64,000 nt of DNA from Eubacterium sp. Its GTDB lineage: Bacteria; Bacillota; Clostridia; Oscillospirales; Acutalibacteraceae. How positions within the stretch are numbered: the first letter of the stretch is position 1; every line of letters starts with the position of its first letter. The stretch covers positions 780 through 64,779 of the forward strand of contig JBKWUD010000004.1 in the NCBI GenBank assembly GCA_046989265.1. The letters run 5' to 3'. The notes below the pieces were generated by a model. The model was not told the origin of the DNA, did not search any database, and worked only from the letters and a program-made list of their open reading frames with translations. The position numbers were made by a program, and so were the translations under genes. This document shows, piece by piece, positions 10,162 through 18,756 of the stretch.

Positions 10162-10191
10162 ATCGTAACACAGAATGAGATTCATTGTCAA
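10162..10191 (-). promoter_or_regulatory. SigA-type promoter for the leader-GNAT-kinase operon
   Basis: TTGACA-18-TACGAT with an extended -10 TG. Confidence 0.65.
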
Positions 10192-10204
10192 GATAAAGTG
10201 TTGT

Positions 10205-11971
10205 TTATCCTGCTATTTCAATCTCTGTTTTATTTTTTATTTCATCTGCGATTATAGCAATTTTATACAGTCCTGCTATGCACGCTGGAGGGTTTAACAA
10301 CGGAACACTGTCATTGAAGGAAATAATACTCTCGAAGTCATTGATTTCCTCCTCAATATTTTCGGTTGTTATGATTATAATTTTTGCGCCTAGAGCTTTA
10401 GCTCGTCTGAGGCTGTATAATGCTTTGTGCAGCAGCTCTTTATTCGTAATAAATGCAATCACAAGTGAGCCGTCAAGTATTGAAGTGCATTTTTGAACAA
10501 GCTCACTTACACAGTATGCAGATGCATTTACCTTTGCAATTTTGCGAAGCTTATCAGCACCCTCAAGAGATAGGGCATAATCTGCTCCCAAGCCTGTTAC
10601 AAAAACATTTTCGGTCTGTGAAAGCATGCCGGCGGCTTTTTCAATTGCAGGTGATGGCTTAATTGCCGATGAAATTTTGCCCGGCAGCATCTCTGCCATT
10701 TTAATTGTAACATTGAGATAAAGCTCATTTACTATTCCGCTTTTGCAGCCTATGTGCAGGGCAAGAAAGGACATAGCAAGATAATTAGAAATAAAGCTTC
10801 TAAGTGAAATCTCGTTAATATCAAAATCACAGTTAGGGTTAATAATACTGTCGCAAAGTTTTGCCAGGTATGATGAAGCGTTGCTTGTAACTGCTATTGT
10901 TTTTGCTCCGATTGCCTTAAAGCGTTTTACGCAGGCAATTGTGTCCTCACTTTCCCCTCTGTGAGATATAGCAATCAGCAATGTATTCCTGTCAATTACA
11001 CAGCCTGAGTACCTAAGCTCGCCGGCAGGGTAAGCATTAGTCGGAATATCAGTCACCATAGAGAAATTATATGCACTGATTTCGGCTGTATTATAAGAGC
11101 CGCCTGTTCCGGTAATGATAATGCGGTTTAATTTGTCAACAGCTCGATGATTCAGTTTTAAATTATCAAAGTTTATTTTTGAATTCTGAATAAAACGCCT
11201 GTATGTTTCTTTAACAGTAAGCGGGCAGTAAAAAATTTCGTCTTTAATGGAATAGTCATTTTCAAAATACACAGCATCGGGTGTTTCAAGAATAGTTTTT
11301 TTAATTTTTTTATATCTGCTGTCAAATATTATTGCTTTGTCTGCCGTTATTTTAGCGGCTTCATTTTCATCTAAAAAAATATATCTGTCTGCAAGGCTGG
11401 TAATTGCACCTATCTCGCTTGAAAGATAAAATCCGTTGCTGCTTATACCTATTACAATCGGTCTGCTGCCCGCTTTGCAGTAGATTGTATTTTCATCATT
11501 GCTTATAAATGCATAACTCGGAGTACCCCTTATAAGCGTGTCAAACTTTTTAATAATTTCGAGCTTGTTTGGGTCGTTTCCAACGCAGAGCATTGCAAGA
11601 AGTAAATCCTCATCAGTAGCAATGGGGAATGGGTTGTTCGTCCATCGTTTGAGATCGTCAAAGTTTTCAATTGTACCATCCATTGCAGCTGCAAATAAAT
11701 TATTGCAGGCAGGCTTTGCAGTTAGTTGAGTTGCTTTGCAGCGCATAGCTTTGTCGCATTGGGCAATTCCTATTGTGCTTTCGTTTTTCACTGCGGCTGC
11801 TTTTTGTTTCAAATCAGATGTGCCGCCCTTTGTTTTTATTGCAATAAAGTCGTCCTTGCATTTTATAACAATGCCTGTTGTATCTGCACCCCGCTTTTCA
11901 AGCGATGATATACCTGCTGTTAAAATATCCTTGCACTGCTCAGTGCCGATGTATCCAAAAATTCCGCTCAT
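10205..11971 (-). CDS. Degenerate GlmS-like protein (Ntn domain plus two SIS domains)
   Basis: GlmS architecture (MSGIFGYIG, EKRG.D..G, ITGTGGSY, ISHRGESEDT, ALSLEGADKLRKI). The nucleophilic Cys is Ser, and the HTRWATHG and C-terminal PRNLAKSVTVE motifs are absent. Confidence 0.75.
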   Translation of the reverse strand: MSGIFGYIGTEQCKDILTAGISSLEKRGADTTGIVIKCKDDFIAIKTKGGTSDLKQKAAAVKNESTIGIAQCDKAMRCKATQLTAKPACNNLFAAAMDGTIENFDDLKRWTNNPFPIATDEDLLLAMLCVGNDPNKLEIIKKFDTLIRGTPSYAFISNDENTIYCKAGSRPIVIGISSNGFYLSSEIGAITSLADRYIFLDENEAAKITADKAIIFDSRYKKIKKTILETPDAVYFENDYSIKDEIFYCPLTVKETYRRFIQNSKINFDNLKLNHRAVDKLNRIIITGTGGSYNTAEISAYNFSMVTDIPTNAYPAGELRYSGCVIDRNTLLIAISHRGESEDTIACVKRFKAIGAKTIAVTSNASSYLAKLCDSIINPNCDFDINEISLRSFISNYLAMSFLALHIGCKSGIVNELYLNVTIKMAEMLPGKISSAIKPSPAIEKAAGMLSQTENVFVTGLGADYALSLEGADKLRKIAKVNASAYCVSELVQKCTSILDGSLVIAFITNKELLHKALYSLRRAKALGAKIIIITTENIEEEINDFESIISFNDSVPLLNPPACIAGLYKIAIIADEIKNKTEIEIAG

Positions 11972-11975
11972 TTAA

Positions 11976-14090
11976 TCAGTTCCTTTCAAGCCTTGCGCAT
12001 ATTACGCTCATATCATCCATTTTGTTTTTGTCGCACTGCTTAAGTGCTTCACTCAGAATATAGTCTGCTCCTTCCTGAGTTCCCAGTCTGCAAAGGGACA
12101 ACAGCATGTTGTTAACCCAATCCTCACCTAAATCGGTTATGCCGTCACTCATCAGAACTATCAAATCATCAAGACGAAGTACTGCCGTGCGCTTTGCAAA
12201 TTCAATACCACGCAGAATTCCTGCAGGCATTGAGGTCAGCTCGCATTTTGTAACATTGCTGTCCTTAATAATAAAGCTTGCCGGTGCACCTGCCTTGAAT
12301 ATCTCACATTTACCTGTAAATAGGTCTATATTTGCAATATCAAGAGTGGCAAGACTCTCATCATTGCTTTTAACTAATAGTGCTGAGTTTACAACTTTAA
12401 GTGCGCTGTCAAATCCAAATCCTGCGTTTATAAGCCTTGATAAAAGCCCTGCACCCATTGCACCGTCCAGTGCAGCTCGGGAGCCTTTTCCCATTCCGTC
12501 ACTGATTATCAGAATGGAATGCCCCTTGTTATCATTTAAAATTTTAACAGTATCGCCGCACAAAGCACCTTCGGCACTGTGCTGGGCAAAGCCTACACTG
12601 AGTTTATAGTTAGGTTTCTCAGAGAATGAGAGCATTGTTTCGTTCTTAAAGTTTGTTATTCGTCCGGTTTCAAAATATCTGGAGCAGATTTTACCGATTT
12701 CAGACGAAAGCTTGGGGTTATCTAATCCGACTGTACTGCTGTCTGTTAAAATTTCAACTCTCATTCTTCCAAACTTGTCCTCGATTGCAGAAATGTTTGT
12801 AGGATAGATATCGTGTTCGCCCAGCAGACGCCTGATTTTTGATGATGCGTTTGAATCAAAAATCTCAGCCTCATCGAATTCAAATGCCAAATCATCAAGC
12901 ATGCCTGCAATTGAAAAAAACTGGTCTGATGCAACCATTCTTATCTGGTTTGTCTTTTCTAAAATAATCTCCCGTCGTATATACTCTTCCTCGCTCATAA
13001 ATTCACGGTTTTGGTCGTTTTCCCTTCGTGTAATATCATTTATTTTTTCACGAACCTGATCAACGCTGTCGCTTATAGCTGCCATAGCAGAGGAAGCAAA
13101 CCGCAGCTTTAATACCAGATTTTGTCTTAGCGAGCCGTCAGGCGGTGCATCTTTTCCATTGTCCCAAAGCTCTTCCAACTTAGCGCATAGCTTTGAGGGC
13201 AGAAGAACAAATATTACGGTTCCTATGGCACTGTCAACAAACAGTGATAATGAAAGCTCATTAGCTGCCGCTACTGCAAAAAATCCCATAGAACACAGAT
13301 AGCTTATGCCTATTCCGATTGATGAAAGTGAAGAAAACAGTGCTCCCACCATAGCTGAAAATGCGAAAGCACCTACTAAAAACAGTGAACGACTGTCTGT
13401 TAGGCTAAGAGCAAATCCAAAGCAGAGTGATAGAATCAGTCCCCATCTTTCACCGCCAAATCGCAGTGAGGTCAGCACTAGTACAATTGCGATAATTCTT
13501 GCCGGGTATACTATCCCAATACCAAGTCTTGCTAGGTTCATAACTATGATTGAAAGCGAAATCACGATACATGTTATATCTGATACAGGAAGTGCTCTGA
13601 ATCTAAGCCGTTTATAATTTGCATACAGGCTTTTATAAAAAAAGAATGCACCTCCGCAGGCAAGAATTGCCTCACCGATGGTCAGTATATATTCACTTGC
13701 AATACTCTGCAATTTTACATTTAATACTATCCCTGTTGATAAATCCGCAAGAAAGGAAACTGCCATTGCAAATGCAGGGCGGTAGTTCAAATCGAAGCTT
13801 GTTGCAGCAAATGCCCCAAGTGCCGCCATTACCGCTGCAGCAAGATATCTTGCTGAATATGCGTTAATTCCACCGATTAAATATCCCAGAATTGCTCCGG
13901 CAGCTGAAAATAAAAAGTGCTTTTTTCTTGAAACTGTTATTAAAGATATTCCAAACGGGTGCAGATTGTTTATTACTGTGCCAAGGCTTAGCACAAAACC
14001 AAGAAGGAAAAATGCACTGCACTCTAAAATATGCTTTATTATTTTATTATTTATTTTAAGCTTATCCGTTTTAAGCCTTTCGCTAATCAT
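11976..14090 (-). CDS. spoIIE: SpoIIE-like membrane-bound PP2C phosphatase
   Basis: N-terminal multi-TM region; PP2C motifs CGD, ISDGMGKG, ATLD, KAGA, MSDG, DDMSV. The middle domain looks shortened. Confidence 0.8.
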   Translation of the reverse strand: MISERLKTDKLKINNKIIKHILECSAFFLLGFVLSLGTVINNLHPFGISLITVSRKKHFLFSAAGAILGYLIGGINAYSARYLAAAVMAALGAFAATSFDLNYRPAFAMAVSFLADLSTGIVLNVKLQSIASEYILTIGEAILACGGAFFFYKSLYANYKRLRFRALPVSDITCIVISLSIIVMNLARLGIGIVYPARIIAIVLVLTSLRFGGERWGLILSLCFGFALSLTDSRSLFLVGAFAFSAMVGALFSSLSSIGIGISYLCSMGFFAVAAANELSLSLFVDSAIGTVIFVLLPSKLCAKLEELWDNGKDAPPDGSLRQNLVLKLRFASSAMAAISDSVDQVREKINDITRRENDQNREFMSEEEYIRREIILEKTNQIRMVASDQFFSIAGMLDDLAFEFDEAEIFDSNASSKIRRLLGEHDIYPTNISAIEDKFGRMRVEILTDSSTVGLDNPKLSSEIGKICSRYFETGRITNFKNETMLSFSEKPNYKLSVGFAQHSAEGALCGDTVKILNDNKGHSILIISDGMGKGSRAALDGAMGAGLLSRLINAGFGFDSALKVVNSALLVKSNDESLATLDIANIDLFTGKCEIFKAGAPASFIIKDSNVTKCELTSMPAGILRGIEFAKRTAVLRLDDLIVLMSDGITDLGEDWVNNMLLSLCRLGTQEGADYILSEALKQCDKNKMDDMSVICARLERN

Positions 14091-14247
14091 TTTTACACAT
14101 CCCGAATATGTCTAGTCAAAAGGATTATAAACAATGTATAGTGCGAAATATGTCTGTTTTGGAAAATGGTATAATAAAAGAACAGCCGATTTTATTTCGG
14201 ATGTCCTTTCAAATAAATCTTGTAAAGTTTTCATCGTTAATCCTGTT

Positions 14248-14778
14248 TTATTTATTAACAGGTTCTTTCAACTGCTTTTTAAAAACCGTTTTGAAGAGAA
14301 ATCTTGTTATCGGTCCTGCAGCGAAAAGATTCCATAGCAGTGCCATAGGGAAGTTTTTTATTATTGTTCCAACCCAGATTGCAGGCAGATCAATAGGATT
14401 TTGGTGTCCAAGAATTATATTAAACAGTATGGATGCCACAAGGCTCATAGTCGGGCACATAATCAGTACTGTGCAGCCGGAAATCATTAATGTTATGAAA
14501 AATGGGTTGTCTTTTTCAGGTATGATAATTCTTTCTGCCAGCTTATGACCAATTCTGTTGCCCCAAAGATTTGAAAAGATAAAAACAAAAATCCACATAT
14601 AGCTTGCTTCAATCAATGCATCTAAAAATACCCTGTTTGTAAGCGTACTGAAATTCCAGCCAGGCGTGCCGCAGCCGTTTTTTATGGCAACATTATAAAC
14701 CTCCATACCATATGCCATAGTCATTGACATAATAATACCAAATACAATTCTCTGTCCTTTAGTTCTTGGCATAATCAA
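14248..14778 (-). CDS. DUF2798-like membrane protein
   Basis: MPRTKGQRIVFG..M...M..GM.VYN and NFPMALLWNLFAAGP; GGAGG RBS. Confidence 0.7.
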   Translation of the reverse strand: MIMPRTKGQRIVFGIIMSMTMAYGMEVYNVAIKNGCGTPGWNFSTLTNRVFLDALIEASYMWIFVFIFSNLWGNRIGHKLAERIIIPEKDNPFFITLMISGCTVLIMCPTMSLVASILFNIILGHQNPIDLPAIWVGTIIKNFPMALLWNLFAAGPITRFLFKTVFKKQLKEPVNK

Positions 14779-14795
14779 ATCCTCCGATCATTATA

Positions 14796-14896
14796 AAAAA
14801 TAAAAAGCGTAAATCCCAAGACCGTGGGATTTACGCTGAAAGAGCAATCTGCTTCTCATTGCATAATATTATATCACTGAAGAAATGCAAAATCAA
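14796..14896 (-). promoter_or_regulatory. Promoter and short leader ending in a terminator, upstream of the DUF2798 gene
   Basis: TTGATT-17-TATAAT at 14868-14896, then agcgtaaatccca-loop-tgggatttacgct plus a T-run. Confidence 0.55.
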
Positions 14897-14901
14897 GTGT
14901 T

Positions 14902-16035
14902 TTATGCAAGTGCCTTATACATAGTATATATGTTATTTTTAGTCAGTTCAATAGGATTGCGTTTCATAAGCATTGACATGCTCTTTTCGGTGAGTTCTTT
15001 AATTTGATCATCCGTAGTGCAGCCTATTTCTGATAGTGTGCATCTCATACCCATTCGCTTCTTCATTGCGGTTATTTCGTCTGCCATTTCATATGCAGAA
15101 TTAAAACCGCAGTCTATTGCAAGAGCGGTTATTCTTCCGTCACTGTCTGCATGATCGGCATTGAATTTTAAGAAATAGTCAAGCGTGAATGCGCAAGCCT
15201 CACCATGGGGAATACCGTAAATATTTGTGAGAGGAAATGAGCAGGCATGTGAGCCCGTTGTTCTTGGATGGCTGAATGCAACACCTGCAACAATAGATGC
15301 CTCAGCCATTTTGCTTCTTGCCTCTAAATCTCGGGGGTTGTTGTATGCTCTTTCAAGATATTTGAATACAAGCCGTGCAGCATATATTGAGCAGGCAGAG
15401 CATATTGGCTGATTTAAAGTTGCCCAGTAACTTTCAATCGCATGTGAAAGTACATCCAGACCTGTTGACGCAGTAATCTGAGGCGGAACAGTTAATGTGA
15501 GTTCAGGATCAATCAGTGCAATTTTTGGATACATTGCAGGGTCATTCATAGGGTTTTTAAGATTTTTATTGATGTCAGTCAAAACGGCAATATTTGTAAC
15601 CTCGCTTGCGGTGCCGGATGTTGTTGTAACCGCAATCATAGGTATGACTTCGTCGGAATTAATCGGCTTTCCGCCGCTGTGATATGATTCGATAATGTCG
15701 TCACCTTTAGCAATGGCACAAGCAGCTTTGCAGCAGTCCATAGGTGAACCGCCTCCGAGCGCAACTGCAAAATCGGCATTAATGCTGCGCAAAAGCTTGA
15801 CGCAGCTATTAACATTTTCGGTTGTAGGATTTGGACGGATGTCACTGAATACCGCTTTTAAAGTGCCGCCGCTCATTTTAACAAACTCTTCTGCAAGTCC
15901 GTTGCCTGCAAAGCTGCGTGAACATACAAGTACACCGTTTTTTCCGCCGATATCGTCAATAAAGGCTTTAAGTTTTCTTCGTTTTCCGACTCCGAATTCT
16001 AATCTTACAGGCAAATTAAACTGCCATGATTCCAT
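14902..16035 (-). CDS. Iron-containing alcohol dehydrogenase
   Basis: GGGSPMD, TTSGTASEVT, GLDVLSHAIES, H...HG. The likely start is ATG 16035 (MESWQF) after GGAG. Confidence 0.9.
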   Translation of the reverse strand: MESWQFNLPVRLEFGVGKRRKLKAFIDDIGGKNGVLVCSRSFAGNGLAEEFVKMSGGTLKAVFSDIRPNPTTENVNSCVKLLRSINADFAVALGGGSPMDCCKAACAIAKGDDIIESYHSGGKPINSDEVIPMIAVTTTSGTASEVTNIAVLTDINKNLKNPMNDPAMYPKIALIDPELTLTVPPQITASTGLDVLSHAIESYWATLNQPICSACSIYAARLVFKYLERAYNNPRDLEARSKMAEASIVAGVAFSHPRTTGSHACSFPLTNIYGIPHGEACAFTLDYFLKFNADHADSDGRITALAIDCGFNSAYEMADEITAMKKRMGMRCTLSEIGCTTDDQIKELTEKSMSMLMKRNPIELTKNNIYTMYKALA

Positions 16036-16104
16036 AAAAATCAACTCCAATTGTAAAATTTGAAAATATTTTAACATATATTGCAAAAAAATTAAATATT
16101 TTTC

Positions 16105-16133
16105 TTGACAAATTGAAATTAATATTATAAAAT
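16105..16133 (+). promoter_or_regulatory. SigA promoter of the tRNA-Pro transcript
   Basis: TTGACA-17-TAAAAT with AT-rich upstream DNA. Confidence 0.8.
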
Positions 16134-16156
16134 AGCTAGGCATTGAGAGATATGCA

Positions 16157-16246
16157 TAACACTCCTGCGGGAGTTTTATATATATCGGTAACACCCTTCG
16201 GGGTTTTACATATAGTCAGTAACGCCGGTAACGGCTTTAAATATAT
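16157..16246 (+). repeat. Three tandem ~31-nt hairpin units in the tRNA leader
   Basis: Each unit is TAAC-[stem/tetraloop]-TTTAnATAT: actcc-tgcg-ggagt, accc-ttcg-gggt, gccg-gtaa-cggc. Confidence 0.7.
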
Positions 16247-16285
16247 CGAGGTGTAACTCAGTTTGGCTAGAGTGCCTGCTTTGGG
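16247..16285 (+). repeat. Exact duplicate of the first 39 nt of tRNA-Pro (through the anticodon)
   Basis: cgaggtgtaactcagtttggctagagtgcctgctttggg is identical to 16440-16478. Confidence 0.95.
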
Positions 16286-16439
16286 CAATGAGCTTGACCG
16301 CTGCCGGCGGCAGATTAAGGGAAAGCGAGTTGGCGCAGCAAAACAGAGCAATGCGAATGGTAATGAGCAGAGCGACAATTTTGCAAGAGGGCGACCAAAG
16401 CAATAAGACAGAGTCATTTAAAATATAAAAACTAAAAAT

Positions 16440-16517
16440 CGAGGTGTAACTCAGTTTGGCTAGAGTGCCTGCTTTGGGAGCAGGATGCCGCAGGTTCAAG
16501 TCCTGTCACCTCGACCA
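16440..16517 (+). tRNA. tRNA-Pro(TGG)
   Basis: Acceptor stem cgaggtg/cacctcg, anticodon arm cctgc-ttTGGga-gcagg, GGTTCAAGTCC T-arm, and encoded CCA. Confidence 0.97.
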
Positions 16518-16520
16518 ATC

Positions 16521-16560
16521 GACCTTAGAAAGTTTTTGAAACTCTCTAAGGTCTTTTTTA
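16521..16560 (+). terminator. Terminator after tRNA-Pro
   Basis: gaccttaga...tctaaggtc followed by a T-run. Confidence 0.8.
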
Positions 16561-16637
16561 TGCCAAATTTGGCTTAAATACAGGGGAAATCAGCATTTTC
16601 AATCTCAATTTTATACTGATATAAACTTATACAAATC

Positions 16638-16710
16638 ACCCACAAAATTAAAGTTAAGGGGTAGATTTTGTGGGTACAAGGGGTACTAATTGGGGTAGAT
16701 TTTGGGGTGC
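16638..16710. repeat. Clustered GGGGTA repeats; candidate integrase arm-type sites
   Basis: ggggtagattttg at 16658 and 16692; tgggta at 16671, ggggta at 16680, ggggtg at 16704; acccacaaaat at 16638 is the inverse of 16665-16675. Confidence 0.6.
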
Positions 16711-16826
16711 TTATTTTACCTTTACATATGTAAAATAATGATTAAATATAATCATATATACAGCCACTTATTCTTTTATGAATGAGTGGCTTTTTTTATT
16801 TTCAGAAAATGGAAAGGAGATAGTGT

Positions 16827-17654
16827 ATGTCAAAATGCAAAACGATTGCGATTTGTAATCAAAAAGGCGGTGTCGGTAAAACTACCACAACAGTTAATCT
16901 CGGTGTAGGCTTAGCAATGCAGGGCAAAAAGGTGCTGCTTGTTGACGCTGATCCGCAAGGTGATTTAACTGTAAGTCTTGGTTGGAAAGATAATGATAAT
17001 TTGTCAAATACTCTTTCTAATAAGATTTTAGACTTTATTCAGGATAACAACAATACGCCCGATGATGTCATTCTACATCACGATGAGGGTATCGATTTAA
17101 TTCCTGCTAATGTTGAATTGTCTGCACTTGAATTAAGCCTTGTTAATGCTATGAGCAGAGAGGTAGCAATGAAAGGATATTTGAAATCTATTAAAGATAA
17201 TTATGATTATATCCTTATAGATTGTATGCCGTCATTAAGTATGGTAACAATCAATTCACTTGTTGCAGCCGACAGCGTTATTATTCCTGTTCAGGCTCAA
17301 TATCTGTCCGCTAAAGGTATGACACAGCTTATTCAGACAATTCATAAAGTTAAAAGGCAAATCAACCCACAATTAAAGATTGACGGTGTTCTTTTAACTC
17401 TTGTTGACGGAAGAACGAATTTTGCTAAAAGCACGAAAGATGCCATAACAGAAAGCTATGGTAAAGTAATAAAAATATTTAACACTAATATTCCTATGGC
17501 TGTAAAGGCTGCTGAAACAAGTTCAAAGGGCAAAAGTATTTATACTTACGCTCCGAACAGTACAGCAGCACAGGCGTATAAAAACTTGACAAAGGAGGTG
17601 CTTGACATTGAGCAAAGACAGAACAACCGACTTTACTTTGCCCAAGTTCGATGA
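16827..17654 (+). CDS. parA: ParA/Soj-family ATPase
   Basis: NQKGGVGKTTT, DADPQG, YILIDC.P. Confidence 0.93.
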   Translation: MSKCKTIAICNQKGGVGKTTTTVNLGVGLAMQGKKVLLVDADPQGDLTVSLGWKDNDNLSNTLSNKILDFIQDNNNTPDDVILHHDEGIDLIPANVELSALELSLVNAMSREVAMKGYLKSIKDNYDYILIDCMPSLSMVTINSLVAADSVIIPVQAQYLSAKGMTQLIQTIHKVKRQINPQLKIDGVLLTLVDGRTNFAKSTKDAITESYGKVIKIFNTNIPMAVKAAETSSKGKSIYTYAPNSTAAQAYKNLTKEVLDIEQRQNNRLYFAQVR

Positions 17655-18546
17655 TTTATTTTCATCACAGGAAGAACGAGAGAATGGCAAAATGCCTGAA
17701 ATAAAAGATATTCCGTTGTCATTGCTTGATGAATTTCCTAATCATCCGTTTAAGGTAAAAGATGATGAAGATATGCTTAAGCTTATTGAAAGCGTTTCGG
17801 AGCGTGGTGTTCTTGTTCCTGCAATAGTAAGACCAAAGGCAGACGGAAGATATGAATTGCTTTCAGGTCATAGACGAAAACGAGCAAGTGAATATGCAGG
17901 AAAGAATAATATGCGTTGCATTGTTTCTAATATTGATGATGATGCAGCTACCATAATTATGGTAGATAGTAATATTCAAAGAGAGCATATTCTGCCAAGT
18001 GAAAAAGCCTTTGCATACAAGATGAAACTTGATGCAATGAATCATCAAGGACAACGAACAGATTTAACTTTTTCCCAAGTTGGAACAAAGTTAAATTCAG
18101 CAATGGAACTTGCCGAGAACACAGGAGATAGCAAAACGCAGATATACAGATATATCCGTTTAACCTATCTTGTTCCTGAATTACTTGAAATGGTAGATGA
18201 AGGTAGAATGAAAATGTCACCTGCTGTTGAAATTTCATATCTTGATGAAGATTGTCAGCGTGATTTGGTAGATGCTATTGATGAAGAAGATTGCACTCCA
18301 TCACATGCACAGGCAATCAGATTGCATAAGGAATTTAATGAAAATACGCTCACAAGAGAGGGCATCTATTCAGTTATGCAGGAGGAAAAACCTAATCAAA
18401 AGCCAAAAATTACAATACAAGCCGAAAAGATAAATAAATATCTGCCTAAGAATGTAAAACGAGAACAGACCGAGAATTTTATCTGCAAGGCTTTGGAATA
18501 TTACAGTAAGTATCTTGAAAGGCAAAAAATGAGAGAGGCACGGTAA
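17608..18546 (+). CDS. parB: ParB-family partition protein
   Basis: HPFKV, GVLVPAIVR, SGHRRKRA, MVDSNIQRE..LPSEKAFAYK. TTG start 7 nt after AAAGGAGGTG. Confidence 0.9.
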   Translation: MSKDRTTDFTLPKFDDLFSSQEERENGKMPEIKDIPLSLLDEFPNHPFKVKDDEDMLKLIESVSERGVLVPAIVRPKADGRYELLSGHRRKRASEYAGKNNMRCIVSNIDDDAATIIMVDSNIQREHILPSEKAFAYKMKLDAMNHQGQRTDLTFSQVGTKLNSAMELAENTGDSKTQIYRYIRLTYLVPELLEMVDEGRMKMSPAVEISYLDEDCQRDLVDAIDEEDCTPSHAQAIRLHKEFNENTLTREGIYSVMQEEKPNQKPKITIQAEKINKYLPKNVKREQTENFICKALEYYSKYLERQKMREAR

Positions 18547-18756
18547 AGGCAGTGTAATTACAAATTTTTCAACTCCCTTTCCCACACCCTAACCCTTATT
18601 ACTAACAATACTTACCGAAATAAGAATAAACATCTCTTTAAGAGAGTTTATATAAACAATACAAAGCAAAAGGAATGATGCTTATGATTTAATGTAAATC
18701 GCAGTCTTGTCAAATATTGCCAAGCGGTATATTATTAAGGCAAAGGAGCGATATTT

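Noticed and set aside
11960..11990. glmS ribozyme
   Set aside because: Only 4 nt separate spoIIE from the glmS-like ORF.
16157..16246. Hairpin units as a CRISPR array
   Set aside because: There are only three units, the constant parts are 4-9 nt, the hairpin is in the variable part, and no cas genes are in the window.
16247..16439. Intron-containing second tRNA-Pro
   Set aside because: No 3' exon (agcaggatgcc…) follows the insert before the intact tRNA begins, and no group I core is recognisable.
16036..16499. N-terminal extension of the ADH ORF and ORFs 16136-16417 and 16206-16499
   Set aside because: They overlap the tRNA promoter, leader and tRNA; the ADH has a better start at 16035.
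18547..18700. Possible parS or replication origin after parB (pyrimidine tract and ataaac…gtttat hairpin)
   Set aside because: No iterated or recognisable consensus site was found, so support is too weak.
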